A stretch of DNA of 64,000 bases from an uncultured cyanobacterium (GCA_963793265.1 CAWBZI010000001.1:1600001-1664000), one strand, 5' to 3'. Shown: positions 50,621 through 60,889, counted from the first letter of the stretch. A program made the numbers and translations. Notes: generated by a model not told the origin, from the sequence alone.

Positions 50621-51604
50621 TTAATATCTGTTTTGTAGTAGCGCTTTTAAGGACTTTTTAATCTCCGTTTTGGCTTGGCCCATGACCTGCTTAAAGTTAG
50701 AAGGCTGCGATCGCTGACGTTGCGCCAGATCGGCTTCAGCTTTGCCCTCGGGATCATTCCGGTAGCGGTAGTGCTCCCACAAACTGCGATAAGGCCCGCC
50801 CGCTCGCATAGGGGTACCCGCCCAGTGAAGATAGCGAAGGGGGCGATCGCCATCAAATAGCACGGCCTCTCGCTGCTCAAAATGGGGCGTCCCACCCCAG
50901 CTTCCGGGTTCGCCAGGGTTCGCTTTAACAATATTGAGCCGACGTGGAATTGCCTTAAGTACGAGATAGTTCATAATTGGCTGATCGGTGGTGCCATTAG
51001 AAAAATCAAAGTACTCACGATGAGCCGCACATTCGCGCAGTAGCTCATAAAGGCGCTCTAAAGGCAGCGCGCTTTTCTTAGATCCCCACAGGCCGCTGTT
51101 AAAAACATCTTTGAGGGCGTCATCGCTAAATATCTTTTGCTCAGGTACTACTTTAGAAAAAACGTCTTCGAGCCCGCCTTTAAAGTGATAGTCACACCAG
51201 ATGAACTCGGCTTTGTCTAAATACGAGAGCGTATCAGAAACGGGCGTAAAAAAGAGGATATCGGTATCTATATATAAAAACTCGTCTAGCGGGCCAAACC
51301 AGGCCGCGAGCTTACGCATTTTATTGGGGAGCGCAAGGAAGTCACGGGGGAAGATCTCACCGATCTTTTGCGTTAGCGAGTGTAGAAAGTCCAAATCAGG
51401 AAATAGCTGCACGTTGTACAAGGTGCTCAGACGTTCGGCAACGTGGTGGTAGTCGTCGTTGAATGGAATGAGGTAGACCAGAATATCGGGATCGGTGAGG
51501 CGAAGGCTGCTCATGAGGGCGATCGCATTTTCTGCAACCCGATCGTTGGCCACTATATACACGCCGCGCTTGGCTTTTTGATCTACTTCCACTATTTGAT
51601 CCAC
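50621..51604 (-). CDS. Npun_R2821/R2822-like nucleotide-diphospho-sugar transferase (GT8-like)
   Basis: GVYIVAND, YIDTD (DxD), FNSG, DQPIMNY, LHWAG. Confidence 0.75.
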   Translation of the reverse strand: MDQIVEVDQKAKRGVYIVANDRVAENAIALMSSLRLTDPDILVYLIPFNDDYHHVAERLSTLYNVQLFPDLDFLHSLTQKIGEIFPRDFLALPNKMRKLAAWFGPLDEFLYIDTDILFFTPVSDTLSYLDKAEFIWCDYHFKGGLEDVFSKVVPEQKIFSDDALKDVFNSGLWGSKKSALPLERLYELLRECAAHREYFDFSNGTTDQPIMNYLVLKAIPRRLNIVKANPGEPGSWGGTPHFEQREAVLFDGDRPLRYLHWAGTPMRAGGPYRSLWEHYRYRNDPEGKAEADLAQRQRSQPSNFKQVMGQAKTEIKKSLKALLQNRY

Positions 51605-51624
51605 CGTTAAATTCCTAACAAACT

Positions 51625-53658
51625 CTAGTTAAGAGCCTCTCTACCCGACCTTTCTAAAGCTTCAACGACCTTCAAAAGCTCCAGGGTTGTATCGTAAGCC
51701 GAAGTCGTCAGCTCATCGCGCTCATTGGCATCGTGAACAATTTCGCCGTCGGAGAGCATACCCAAAATGCCTAAAACGCTGCTGAGACGCGATCGCATCT
51801 CGTAAGAGGCTTTCGTCACCGTCTCTTCCCACTCCGACAAGTCATCATTGCAAATCTCTTCTTTGACCTGTTCAGAAAACTGAATAGCGCAGAGCTGAGC
51901 ATAATAGCCGCCTTTATTCAGCAGCTCGGTATGCGTGCCTGTCTCAACAACGCGGCCCTGATCCATCACGGCGATCTGGTCAGCGTTTTGAACCGTAGAG
52001 AGGCGGTGGGCAATCACCAGGGTCGTGCGATTGCGGCTCAGGTCATCAATGGCCTTTTGCACAAGCCGCTCTGAAATGGTGTCGAGTGCGCTGGTGGCTT
52101 CGTCCAAGATGAGGATGTCGGGATCTTGGAGGAGGGCACGGGCGATCGCTAGTCTTTGTCGCTGCCCCCCCGAAAGAAGAACGCCGCGATCGCCAATCAT
52201 CGTCTCTAATCCCTGCGGCAGCGCCTCAATAAACTCGTAGGCATTTGCTCGATCCATCGCGTCCTTGATCTCATCATCAGTTGCCTCAGGCCGACCATAG
52301 ATCAGGTTTTCGCGAACCGTGGCATTAAACAAAAAGGTATCTTGACTGACGATCCCAAGCCGACGACGAAAGCTTTTAATATCGAACGACTTTAGGTCGT
52401 AGCCATCAATTTCAATGCGGCCACCGCTGGGATCGTAAAAGCGTGGCAGTAGGTCAGCGAGGGTTGACTTTCCTGCCCCTGATGCGCCGACCAGCGCTAA
52501 AGTTTTTCCCTTTTTGAGGTGCAAATTAATCTTATTAAGCACCTGCTTGTCATTGCCTGGATAGCTAAAGCTGAGGTTTTTAAAGCGAATACCGTGTTTG
52601 AGCTGAGTGTATTGACGAGCCCCGGCTTTCATAAAGGGCTTGTCGTCGCGGCGTAGGAATTGGCTGACCACAGTGACGCTTGGCCCAACGTTCGCAAGCT
52701 GAGAGCGCGTAGAGTTGAGCTGCCCAATTGTTGGCAGCATCCGAAAGAGCACCAGCAGGTAGGCGAGCAAAATAGATGAAAACACCTCTATTTGCTCGGC
52801 CATTGCCATTCGACCCAGGGCCGCAACGCTGATGAGGGCAATAATGCTGCACACCTCGTTTAGCGGCGCGATGCCAGCAAACAATAGTTGAGAGCGGTAT
52901 TCTGAAACTTCGCGGTCAGCAATCAGTTTAGAAATAGCGTCGTATTCGTCATCTTCGTTAGCTGTGCCTTTAACCAGGCGAATGCCCGAGAGAATTTCGA
53001 CGATGCGAGAAGAATATTTGCGCGAAAGCTGAGAAAGCTCAGCGCCAAATACCTTTGACTTACGGACAGCGGTTTGATTGACGAGGGCTACAATCGCTAG
53101 AGCAAAGGTTGCAATCACCGTCAGCTGCCAAGACATGAGCACTAAAATGCAGATGAAAACCATGATGGTAATGACCGCGATCGCCATCCTGGCCAGCGTA
53201 CGAACAGCAACCGTTGTGCGGCTTACCTCTACATTGAGATGATTAATTAAATCGCCAACTTTAGTCTCGGTGTAGTAGGCCAAATCGACATCTAGCAAGA
53301 TCCTCAAGCCGTCTAGACGCAGGTTCGCTGCAAGCCGCCGGTTCAGACTGTTAGAGGTCAATGAACCTGCATAAACAGCGGCGTTTTTGAGGACGATCAG
53401 AGCGACTACAGAAAAAGACATCGCCAGCAGTCGGTACTGCTCGGGGACGACATCAAAAAAGACGACAAACCGCTGTAGGATGGCCGGAAGCTGATCGGCC
53501 AGTTCAGCAGATTCGCCCAGTAGCTCTAGCAGGATAGGCACGATTAGCACCGTTCCGACCCCGTTGAATAATGCGCCAGAAAACCCCATCAAAATGGTGA
53601 GAAACACCAAAAACGGATATCGAAGCAGTGACTTTGTGAGGAGTTGTCTGGAGTGCAT
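51625..53658 (-). CDS. HepA-like ABC exporter (TMD+NBD) with C-terminal HisKA-like extension
   Basis: GASGAGKST, LSGGQRQR, ILDEATSALD, IAHRLST; extra tail ASYEMRSRLSSVLG. Confidence 0.9.
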   Translation of the reverse strand: MHSRQLLTKSLLRYPFLVFLTILMGFSGALFNGVGTVLIVPILLELLGESAELADQLPAILQRFVVFFDVVPEQYRLLAMSFSVVALIVLKNAAVYAGSLTSNSLNRRLAANLRLDGLRILLDVDLAYYTETKVGDLINHLNVEVSRTTVAVRTLARMAIAVITIMVFICILVLMSWQLTVIATFALAIVALVNQTAVRKSKVFGAELSQLSRKYSSRIVEILSGIRLVKGTANEDDEYDAISKLIADREVSEYRSQLLFAGIAPLNEVCSIIALISVAALGRMAMAEQIEVFSSILLAYLLVLFRMLPTIGQLNSTRSQLANVGPSVTVVSQFLRRDDKPFMKAGARQYTQLKHGIRFKNLSFSYPGNDKQVLNKINLHLKKGKTLALVGASGAGKSTLADLLPRFYDPSGGRIEIDGYDLKSFDIKSFRRRLGIVSQDTFLFNATVRENLIYGRPEATDDEIKDAMDRANAYEFIEALPQGLETMIGDRGVLLSGGQRQRLAIARALLQDPDILILDEATSALDTISERLVQKAIDDLSRNRTTLVIAHRLSTVQNADQIAVMDQGRVVETGTHTELLNKGGYYAQLCAIQFSEQVKEEICNDDLSEWEETVTKASYEMRSRLSSVLGILGMLSDGEIVHDANERDELTTSAYDTTLELLKVVEALERSGREALN

Positions 53659-54037
53659 AACCCTTTTTAATCAGAGAGGCTGGGTAGTTAGTTTAGGTAA
53701 CCGGTTAGATTAAGTAACTTAGGTCTGCCACTAGCCGCGAGCAAAGTAGGCGCTGTTGAATCTAAGGATAGTTGTCGAAGGCGACTAAGAGAAACAAGGA
53801 ACTGTAAAGACTGGTCACAAAGGTGACTAAAGCATCTTCATAAATTGCGTGAATACTGTTTGCGTAAGTCCTGTTTATATGCGCTAGGCAAGCGCTTACT
53901 GTGCTCACTAGCATTCCCCTTCAATAACTAATTTCTTTGATTAGTATCATCACTGACTAATACAGAGCTGAGTGCGAAATTCCCCAGGATTCGGACGACT
54001 GTTTACCGAAATGGATACAAGCCCGTAAAAAACATCT

Positions 54038-55210
54038 TTAAAGAAGATTGCTCAAAATAGATGCTAGCTGCGCTGTCATTGTCGTAACGCTGTAGCGATC
54101 AACACATCTTTGCCTGGCAAGCTGTCCTCTGCAATCGGCTTCTACTGGGTTTTGAAAAATCTGCTTGAGCTGCTCAGCAATTTGCTCTGGCGACTCAGGA
54201 TCAACTAGGTATCCAGCATCGCCCAAAATTTCGGGAATATCGCCCACCCTCGTAGACACGATAGGCTTGGCCATCGACATGCCATCCGTTAGCTTGAGCG
54301 GAAACTGCGCTTTTGCCGTAGATCTATCACGTTGGGGCACTACGACGACATGCGCTGATGAAACCACCTCAGCCATTTCATCAATCGGAAACCGGGGCAG
54401 CTTAATCAGCCAGCGTCCCCAGCGTTCAAACAGTCCATCTTCGTAGCTATCGGGTCTGCGACCGCCAACAATCACCAGTCGCAAATCTGGCTGGTCGAGC
54501 TGATCGAGCGCTAGGAGTACGTCTTCTAATCCTTTGTGAGGCCGAGCAGTGCCTGGAAACATCAAAACTCGATAGTCGGCCAGGTCGTATTTTGTGCGAC
54601 TGGCAGCCGGATCGTATTTAGCGGGATCAAAAATCTCGGTGTCTTTGCTATTCGGCAAGTAGTAGCCACCAAACCGCTGCTGCAAGAACTGAGTGGTCAC
54701 CGTTACGGCGTCTGCTTTAGCAACAAGCTTTTCCATCCATTCTAAATAAAGCGGATGCTCTGGGTCGCGCAGCGCACCATCGGGTTTGAGCACATCACGG
54801 GCGACTTGCTTGAGTGTGGGCCGGTAGCCCTCTACCCAGCTCATCTCCCAGTCGTCAATGTCTACGATGACTGGACGGCGTGAGGAGAGTGTCCTTTTGA
54901 GGAGTGCGGTGCCAAAGCTGGTTGGACGCGGCTTGATGGCGTAGAGTACGTCGCCGCTGAGTTTGGGGAGTAGGCGGGTGAGGGTGGCAAGGTAGCTGAG
55001 CGATCGCTGGGCTCGAACCGCCTGCACGTTCAGATTCTCAGGTGGCACCGGGTAGAGCTGACCTGCAAACTGGGGGCCAACGACCGTCACATCACAGCCG
55101 AGCTGCTGTAGGGCATTGGCAACTAAGTAAACTCGCGTGGTGCCACCACCGGCAAGATCTGGGGCGATTACGGATACTTTTAGGTCACGAGCTGAGAAGG
55201 AAGGTGGCAT
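54038..55210 (-). CDS. Glycosyltransferase family 4
   Basis: GGGTTR, HKGLED, FPLKLTDGM, STRVGDIPEI. Confidence 0.88.
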   Translation of the reverse strand: MPPSFSARDLKVSVIAPDLAGGGTTRVYLVANALQQLGCDVTVVGPQFAGQLYPVPPENLNVQAVRAQRSLSYLATLTRLLPKLSGDVLYAIKPRPTSFGTALLKRTLSSRRPVIVDIDDWEMSWVEGYRPTLKQVARDVLKPDGALRDPEHPLYLEWMEKLVAKADAVTVTTQFLQQRFGGYYLPNSKDTEIFDPAKYDPAASRTKYDLADYRVLMFPGTARPHKGLEDVLLALDQLDQPDLRLVIVGGRRPDSYEDGLFERWGRWLIKLPRFPIDEMAEVVSSAHVVVVPQRDRSTAKAQFPLKLTDGMSMAKPIVSTRVGDIPEILGDAGYLVDPESPEQIAEQLKQIFQNPVEADCRGQLARQRCVDRYSVTTMTAQLASILSNLL

Positions 55211-55219
55211 TGGATGGGG

Positions 55220-56131
55220 TTAGGCGATCGCATTTTCTGAGGGCAAACCTTCTGTGCTTTCCGCAGGCAGCGCTGGCGGCAGCTCTAGCGTGAACTTGCC
55301 AAGCACACCTTTACGAAATTCGATCAGGAGCTTGCGGGCGGCTCGCTCCTGAGAGTCTTGAAACTTGGCTTCGGCCAGTCGGTACAGGTAGGTTTCGCCT
55401 GTGTCTTCGGTGGGGTCTAGTTCGTAGCGCGATCGCAATGCCTGAGTGCGCCGATGCGTACCTTCTTCGGCATCCAACTCTTTGAGCAAATCCACAAAAG
55501 CCGCCGCCACCCGCTGCGTATCGTAAGCAGCCTGACCAATATCATCACAGATAGCCAGCTTCAGCGCCGCCGACTGATCTTTGAGCTGAGCAGGAATAAT
55601 TCCCGGCGAATCTAGCAGCTCTAGCTCATCGGAAATTCGTACCCACCGGAGCTGTCTGGTGACGCCAGCTTTACGCGCACTTTCGACAACACGACGTTTG
55701 AGCAAGCGGTTAATTAGCGCGGACTTTCCAACATTCGGGAAGCCGATGACGACTGCGCGGACTGGGCGCGATCGCATTCCCCGATCCTTTCGCCTTTTGT
55801 TCATCGCTGTCCCGGCCGCCTGCGCCGCTCGTGAAATTTGTCCTACGCCTTTGCCCTGATTTGCATCAGTGTAGTAAGCCACTTGCCCTTGGGACTTGAA
55901 CCATTCTTGCCAGCGATCGCGCATCTCAGCCGTAATCATATCCACCCGATTCACCACCAGCACCCGTTTCTTCTCACCAATCCACTGATCCAGCTTAGGA
56001 TGCAGCGTAGCGCGTGGAATCCGGGCATCACGAACCTCTAAGACCACATCCACCCGCTTAAGCTGTTCTTGCAGCGACTTCTCCGCCTTAGCAATATGTC
56101 CTGGGTACCACTGAATCGAAGGAGCAGGCAT
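55220..56131 (-). CDS. rbgA: Ribosome biogenesis GTPase RbgA/YlqF
   Basis: QWYPGH, DARIP, GFPNVGKS, GVT, LLDSPG. Confidence 0.95.
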   Translation of the reverse strand: MPAPSIQWYPGHIAKAEKSLQEQLKRVDVVLEVRDARIPRATLHPKLDQWIGEKKRVLVVNRVDMITAEMRDRWQEWFKSQGQVAYYTDANQGKGVGQISRAAQAAGTAMNKRRKDRGMRSRPVRAVVIGFPNVGKSALINRLLKRRVVESARKAGVTRQLRWVRISDELELLDSPGIIPAQLKDQSAALKLAICDDIGQAAYDTQRVAAAFVDLLKELDAEEGTHRRTQALRSRYELDPTEDTGETYLYRLAEAKFQDSQERAARKLLIEFRKGVLGKFTLELPPALPAESTEGLPSENAIA

Positions 56132-56213
56132 AAGCAAAAGCCGTGAACTGGCAAGTAAATCTGGTAAGTAAGTTCGGTAAAAAGGCGTCTCTTAAACTTA
56201 CGCTATCAGCAGC

Positions 56214-56621
56214 TTATGGAACGACTAACACCGGGCAAGGCGACAAATTAATCACGCGAGCGCTCACGCTATCTTCGCGACCTTCTTCAGTCAACCCAGT
56301 GCCCCGACAGCCAATCACCACCAAATCAGCCGAAACCTCATCAGCCACATCGCAAATAATAAATGCTGGATTGCCCTCGCGCTCTATCGTCTGGGCCTCA
56401 AATCCTCGCTGCTCAAAAACTTTCTTAGCCTGCTCTAGTAGCGAAGCCACCGCTTCAGTCGAGGTTTGCTCAGGGTGCGCCGGATCGCTATTTTCAGGCG
56501 ACTCTACCACCGAAAGCAGCACCACCTTAGACTGGCACAGCTCGGCCATATCCAGCACCGTTTGCACGACCTTTTTGGCACCAGGACTAGAATCTATCGA
56601 AAAAAGAATCGTCTTGTACAT
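56214..56621 (-). CDS. Universal stress protein
   Basis: ILFSIDSS, GNPAFIICD, DLVVIGCRG, SPCPVLVV. Confidence 0.9.
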   Translation of the reverse strand: MYKTILFSIDSSPGAKKVVQTVLDMAELCQSKVVLLSVVESPENSDPAHPEQTSTEAVASLLEQAKKVFEQRGFEAQTIEREGNPAFIICDVADEVSADLVVIGCRGTGLTEEGREDSVSARVINLSPCPVLVVP

Positions 56622-56887
56622 AGCAGAGAAATGTGGTTTGGGAGGGTTGATTAGATTTCCGTGATTTTTATCTCAGGTTTAAAGCATAAGAGAACACAGA
56701 CTTCTGTAAAATAGTGAACACATAGGCGATAGGTAGTTTTACTCATCGCTGATAAATGACATAAATCCCTCTTTAACCGTCATTTTCTGTCACCTTGCAT
56801 CGCTCGATATCTAGGGTAAATCAAGCCCTATCCCGCTTTCGAGTCTGGTGCAGATAACGTTACATAATTTTTAGGAGAGTATATTCC

Positions 56888-58093
56888 GTGGCCAAAAAAG
56901 CGCTAGCCGATCTATCTGCTGCCGACGTTTCTGGTAAGCGCGTCCTTGTACGCGCCGACTTCAACGTGCCGCTAGACGATGCCGGAAACATCACCGACGA
57001 CACCCGCATCCGCGCCGCCCTACCCACCATCCAAGACTTGACCTCAAAAGGCGCTAAGGTCATTTTGGCGAGTCACTTCGGTCGGCCCAAAGGCAAAGTC
57101 GTTGAGAGTATGCGCCTTACGCCCGTCGCCAAGCGCCTTTCAGAAAAGCTTGGTCAAGATGTAATTAAGTGCGACGACTGCATCGGTGATGAGGTTACCG
57201 CTAAAATTTCAGGTATGGAGAACGGCCAGGTCGCCCTGCTAGAGAACGTTCGCTTTTACGATGGCGAAACTAGCAACGATCCTGAGTTTGCTAAAAAGCT
57301 AGCGGCTAACGCTGACCTGTACGTTAACGATGCCTTTGGTACAGCTCACCGTGCCCATGCTTCTACAGCCGGGGTGACTGAGTACTTAAGCCCTGCGGTG
57401 GCTGGTTCGCTTATTGAGAAAGAGCTGAAGTTTTTACAAGAAACCGTTGATAACCCTCAGCGTCCTTTGGCAGCTATTGTGGGCGGCTCCAAGGTATCTT
57501 CTAAAATCGGCGTAATTGAAACTCTGCTCGATAAGGTAGACAAAATCTTTATTGGCGGCGGTATGATCTTCACCTTTTACAAGGCGCGTGGCATGAATGT
57601 CGGCGGCTCTTTGGTAGAAGAAGACAAGCTGGAGCTAGCCAAGAAGCTCGAAGCAAAGGCCAAGGAAAAGGGCGTTGAGTTTTTGCTACCCACCGACGTA
57701 ATTGTTGCTGACAAATTTGCAGCCGATGCGAATACTCAGACCGTCAGCGTAAACGACATTCCTGATGGCTGGATGGGCTTGGACATTGGCCCTGATTCTA
57801 TAAAGACGTTTCAAGAAGCTTTGGCTGACTGTAAGAGCGTAATTTGGAACGGGCCTATGGGCGTGTTTGAGATGGAGGCGTTTGCCAAAGGAACTGATGG
57901 GATCGCGACGACTCTAGCAGGGCTGACTGAGAAGGGCTGTATTACTATTATTGGCGGTGGTGACTCGGTTGCAGCCGTTGAGAAGGCGGGCCTTGCCGAT
58001 CAGATGAGCCATATTTCTACAGGTGGCGGTGCTAGTTTGGAGTTGCTTGAAGGGAAGACGCTTCCTGGTATTGCGGCTTTGGATGAGGCGTAG
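56888..58093 (+). CDS. pgk: Phosphoglycerate kinase
   Basis: [36 protein letters not shown]. Confidence 0.99.
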   Translation: MAKKALADLSAADVSGKRVLVRADFNVPLDDAGNITDDTRIRAALPTIQDLTSKGAKVILASHFGRPKGKVVESMRLTPVAKRLSEKLGQDVIKCDDCIGDEVTAKISGMENGQVALLENVRFYDGETSNDPEFAKKLAANADLYVNDAFGTAHRAHASTAGVTEYLSPAVAGSLIEKELKFLQETVDNPQRPLAAIVGGSKVSSKIGVIETLLDKVDKIFIGGGMIFTFYKARGMNVGGSLVEEDKLELAKKLEAKAKEKGVEFLLPTDVIVADKFAADANTQTVSVNDIPDGWMGLDIGPDSIKTFQEALADCKSVIWNGPMGVFEMEAFAKGTDGIATTLAGLTEKGCITIIGGGDSVAAVEKAGLADQMSHISTGGGASLELLEGKTLPGIAALDEA

Positions 58094-58135
58094 GTAGGGA
58101 TTGGAGATTCTGTGAATTCTGTGGATTCTGTAGTC

Positions 58136-58165
58136 GCGGAGGGCGCACGGCCGTGACGCCTCTAC
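58136..58165 (-). repeat. Degenerate GTAG-type REP palindrome
   Basis: Minus strand GTAGAGGCGTCACGGCCGTGCGCCCTCCGC: GTAG tetranucleotide followed by a GC-rich imperfect palindrome. Confidence 0.6.
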
Positions 58166-58184
58166 GGGATTTCGGGAATAGATT

Positions 58185-58221
58185 GGGGGCGCTGCTTGTG
58201 GAGAATAGGCAGCGCTTTCTT
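58185..58221. terminator. Hairpin/terminator between pgk and hicB
   Basis: gggcgctgcttgt-ggaga-ataggcagcgcttt. Confidence 0.6.
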
Positions 58222-58240
58222 GTGTTTCAGCAATAGCACG

Positions 58241-58471
58241 TCAGGCTGCGGTCATCACTTTGGGAGCATCGGGCAACACGTTGTCAGCCGCGCATTCGGC
58301 TAAGTACTCATCAATCGTTCCAATGAATTCGGCCTTAGCGTTCTCAATCGTATCGGCATGAAAGGAAATAACATCACGCTCAATATTAATGACCTGACCG
58401 TAGATAATATTCTCTTCTACGTCCACGCCTAAATGAGCCTGGTATCCTTGATACTCAATCAGATTTTTCAT
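58241..58471 (-). CDS. hicB: HicB family antitoxin, short form
   Basis: YQGYQA, YGQVINI.DVISFHA, DEYLAEC...P; no C-terminal ribbon-helix-helix. Confidence 0.8.
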   Translation of the reverse strand: MKNLIEYQGYQAHLGVDVEENIIYGQVINIERDVISFHADTIENAKAEFIGTIDEYLAECAADNVLPDAPKVMTAA

Positions 58472-58754
58472 CGGCTTCGCCTCCATAAATATCGTGTCCA
58501 ATTTTTGTAAGGAAGGTGCGAACATCTTCCACTTGGTAGGTTTTGAGTGTTGGTTTACCAACTGTTCTGTGAGGTCGGTGCATTTTCAAGCGGTTAGCTC
58601 CTAGCACAAAACTTACTCGTGAGCCTGATCCTTGCTTGAGCGTACAACCAATTCCTATAAGAAGCTTCTCAACTTCTGAAAATTCGATGTCCCTTCGAGA
58701 TGGGTGAGCCCATATGCGGTCATAGGTCGATTGACGTTTGCTATTCAGACCCAT
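58455..58754 (-). CDS. hicA: HicA family toxin
   Basis: FSEVEKLL, GSGSRVSF, HRPH, LKTYQVEDVRTFL. Confidence 0.8.
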   Translation of the reverse strand: MGLNSKRQSTYDRIWAHPSRRDIEFSEVEKLLIGIGCTLKQGSGSRVSFVLGANRLKMHRPHRTVGKPTLKTYQVEDVRTFLTKIGHDIYGGEADEKSD

Positions 58755-58910
58755 TTTATCGCCTGCCCTCTATCATTGCAGTCGCAAATATTCATATTAA
58801 TAGTCAATATGACATGCTTAGCTATCACGCAAAGTCATCATACTTTTTCAAGTAAGCAAGAGAGTAGGTGAATTTGGAGAGAGCAGCTTTTTAGATAACC
58901 CAGAAGACCC

Positions 58911-59558
58911 TTAGTAGGCTTTGACAGAATAGCTTGTGTTGATAGAAATCTCGGAGATGACTTCTGTACGTCCATTTACGAACTTACACATTTGTAATGG
59001 CAGCAAGTCATCGCAGCAGGGGTTTGCGATACCGTTTGCCAGACGATCAAATGACATAATATCTACAGAATGTTTGTATGCTAGCTGGCTGAGTCTTGCT
59101 CTATCTCCGTTCTGAATCCTGTTGCGGCGACCAATAACTAGCGTAAGCTCTAGCTTGGGTGCTAACCCAATTCGACTAGCTATCTCTCCATATGGAAAGT
59201 AGCGCTTTACGAAATCACGGTTTTCTTGAAACCAATTCTCCCAGTCTAGTAGCTGTCTCAGTCCGTGGGATAGCAAAGCTGTCTGATCACCATCTTTTGT
59301 AAACTGCCTATGCTGTGGCCTTTCAATCTCAACTAGATGCCATTTAAGTCCGAGGCTATCTTCTCGTGCAAAAGCAAAGTCAACGACATGCTGGTTGCCA
59401 AGATGGAGTTTAGTGAATACCCTGTTCTCAACTGGCCAGCAAAGCGGTGTGAGAACAGGATGCTTAACGATGAACTGATGAATATCTTCCTCTTTAACGT
59501 TCGGCTCATCTATGAGGTGAAAGTATTGGCGTTCCAAATCATATTTATCAACATCCAT
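58911..59558 (-). CDS. Shedu/SduA-like (DUF4263) anti-phage nuclease domain protein
   Basis: EEDIHQFI..HP, VDF, LVEIERP, GLRQLLDW, LVIGRR, IMSFDRL pattern of DUF4263. Confidence 0.75.
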   Translation of the reverse strand: MDVDKYDLERQYFHLIDEPNVKEEDIHQFIVKHPVLTPLCWPVENRVFTKLHLGNQHVVDFAFAREDSLGLKWHLVEIERPQHRQFTKDGDQTALLSHGLRQLLDWENWFQENRDFVKRYFPYGEIASRIGLAPKLELTLVIGRRNRIQNGDRARLSQLAYKHSVDIMSFDRLANGIANPCCDDLLPLQMCKFVNGRTEVISEISINTSYSVKAY

Positions 59559-59589
59559 AATTAGATAGCCACTATTAAATTTCACACAA

Positions 59590-60852
59590 ATGGTATCAAG
59601 AAAGATTAACAGCATAGATGAAGGTTCTGTGCTGATAGACGCTACAGCTCTGGTGCAGCCATCGAGCAGTTCAGATAACCTACAGCACACTATCAGAAAA
59701 CATATCCAGGGATGCGATCGCCAATGCATTCCCTTTGCTGAGTTCATGAACTTAGCCCTCTACCACCCGCAGTTTGGCTATTACGCTACGCCCGGCAGCA
59801 TTATTGGCCCACAGGGCGACTTCATCACCTCGCCTCATATGGGTCACGACTTTGGCGACATGATTGCCGAGCAGCTTGCCGACATGTGGCAGGCATTAGA
59901 TCAGCCGAATCCTTTTACGCTGATGGAAATGGGTGCAGGACAGGGGCTTGTGGCGACCGATGTACTCTTACATTTGCAAAAGCACCATCCTGACTGTTTT
60001 GATTGCGTCAACTATATTGTGGTTGAAAAATCAGCGGCGCTGAAAGCTGAACAGCAAAAGCGGCTGAGCCATTGGCAGGAGCAAGGCGTTCAGTTGAGCT
60101 GGCAAGAATTAGCTGATGTTCCAGAGAAGTCGATTGTCGGCTGTGCGTTTTCTAATGAGCTGGTGGATGCTTTTCCGGTGCATTGGGTGGAATGGCACGA
60201 CCGGCAGTTAAAAGAGGTTTGGGTTAGTGCGAACGAAGACGGATTTGTACCTGCGCCGAACGAGATTTCTACACCTCAGCTACAGCGTTATTTTGATCGG
60301 GTAGGCATCGATTTTTCTGACTATCCAGAGGGCTATCGAACTGAAGTGAATTTGGCGGCCTTGGACTGGCTGGGCGAGGTGTCAGAAAAGATGGATCGCG
60401 GCTATGTGCTGACGATTGACTATGGCTACACAGCGCAACGCTATTACAGTAAGGCTCGCAGTCAGGGCACTTTGCAGTGCTACTACCAGCACGCGCATCA
60501 TGACGATCCGTTTGCTCATGTGGGCGGGCAGGATATTACGGCGCATGTGGACTTTACGGCATTGGAAAGTAGAGGCCGCGAGGTTGGGTTAGAGAAGGTT
60601 GGGTTTACGCAGCAGGGGTTGTTTTTGATGGCTTTGGGGTTGAGCGATCGCCTCTCCAATCTCGTCAATCCAACGTCAAAAATTGCCACCCCTCAAACCG
60701 TTCAGGCCATCATGATGCGCCGAGACGCCTTGCAACAGCTCATCAGCCCCATGGGACTTGGCAACTTTGGCGTACTGATTCAAAGCAAAGGGCTCAGCCA
60801 AAAAGAAATCGCCAGGCCGCTGAAGGGTCTGACGATTCCACCAATGTTTTAA
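59590..60852 (+). CDS. MidA/NDUFAF7 family SAM-dependent methyltransferase
   Basis: FMNLALYHP.FGYY, GDFITSP, EMGAGQG, SNELVDAFP, IDYG, QDITAHVDF. Confidence 0.92.
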   Translation: MVSRKINSIDEGSVLIDATALVQPSSSSDNLQHTIRKHIQGCDRQCIPFAEFMNLALYHPQFGYYATPGSIIGPQGDFITSPHMGHDFGDMIAEQLADMWQALDQPNPFTLMEMGAGQGLVATDVLLHLQKHHPDCFDCVNYIVVEKSAALKAEQQKRLSHWQEQGVQLSWQELADVPEKSIVGCAFSNELVDAFPVHWVEWHDRQLKEVWVSANEDGFVPAPNEISTPQLQRYFDRVGIDFSDYPEGYRTEVNLAALDWLGEVSEKMDRGYVLTIDYGYTAQRYYSKARSQGTLQCYYQHAHHDDPFAHVGGQDITAHVDFTALESRGREVGLEKVGFTQQGLFLMALGLSDRLSNLVNPTSKIATPQTVQAIMMRRDALQQLISPMGLGNFGVLIQSKGLSQKEIARPLKGLTIPPMF

Positions 60853-60889
60853 CGAATCGCTCTAGTAACTCAGATAGCGCTTGAGCTAA

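Noticed and set aside
56143..56664. 173-aa + strand ORF and the many other overlapping ORFs in the track (e.g. 20037..20507, 29954..30388, 61469..61840)
   Set aside because: Antisense or alternative-frame shadows of well-supported genes, with no recognisable motifs
59559..59747. 63-aa N-terminal extension of the Shedu-like ORF given in the track
   Set aside because: Overlaps the divergent methyltransferase gene antisense and has no domain-like character; ATG 59558 is the more plausible start
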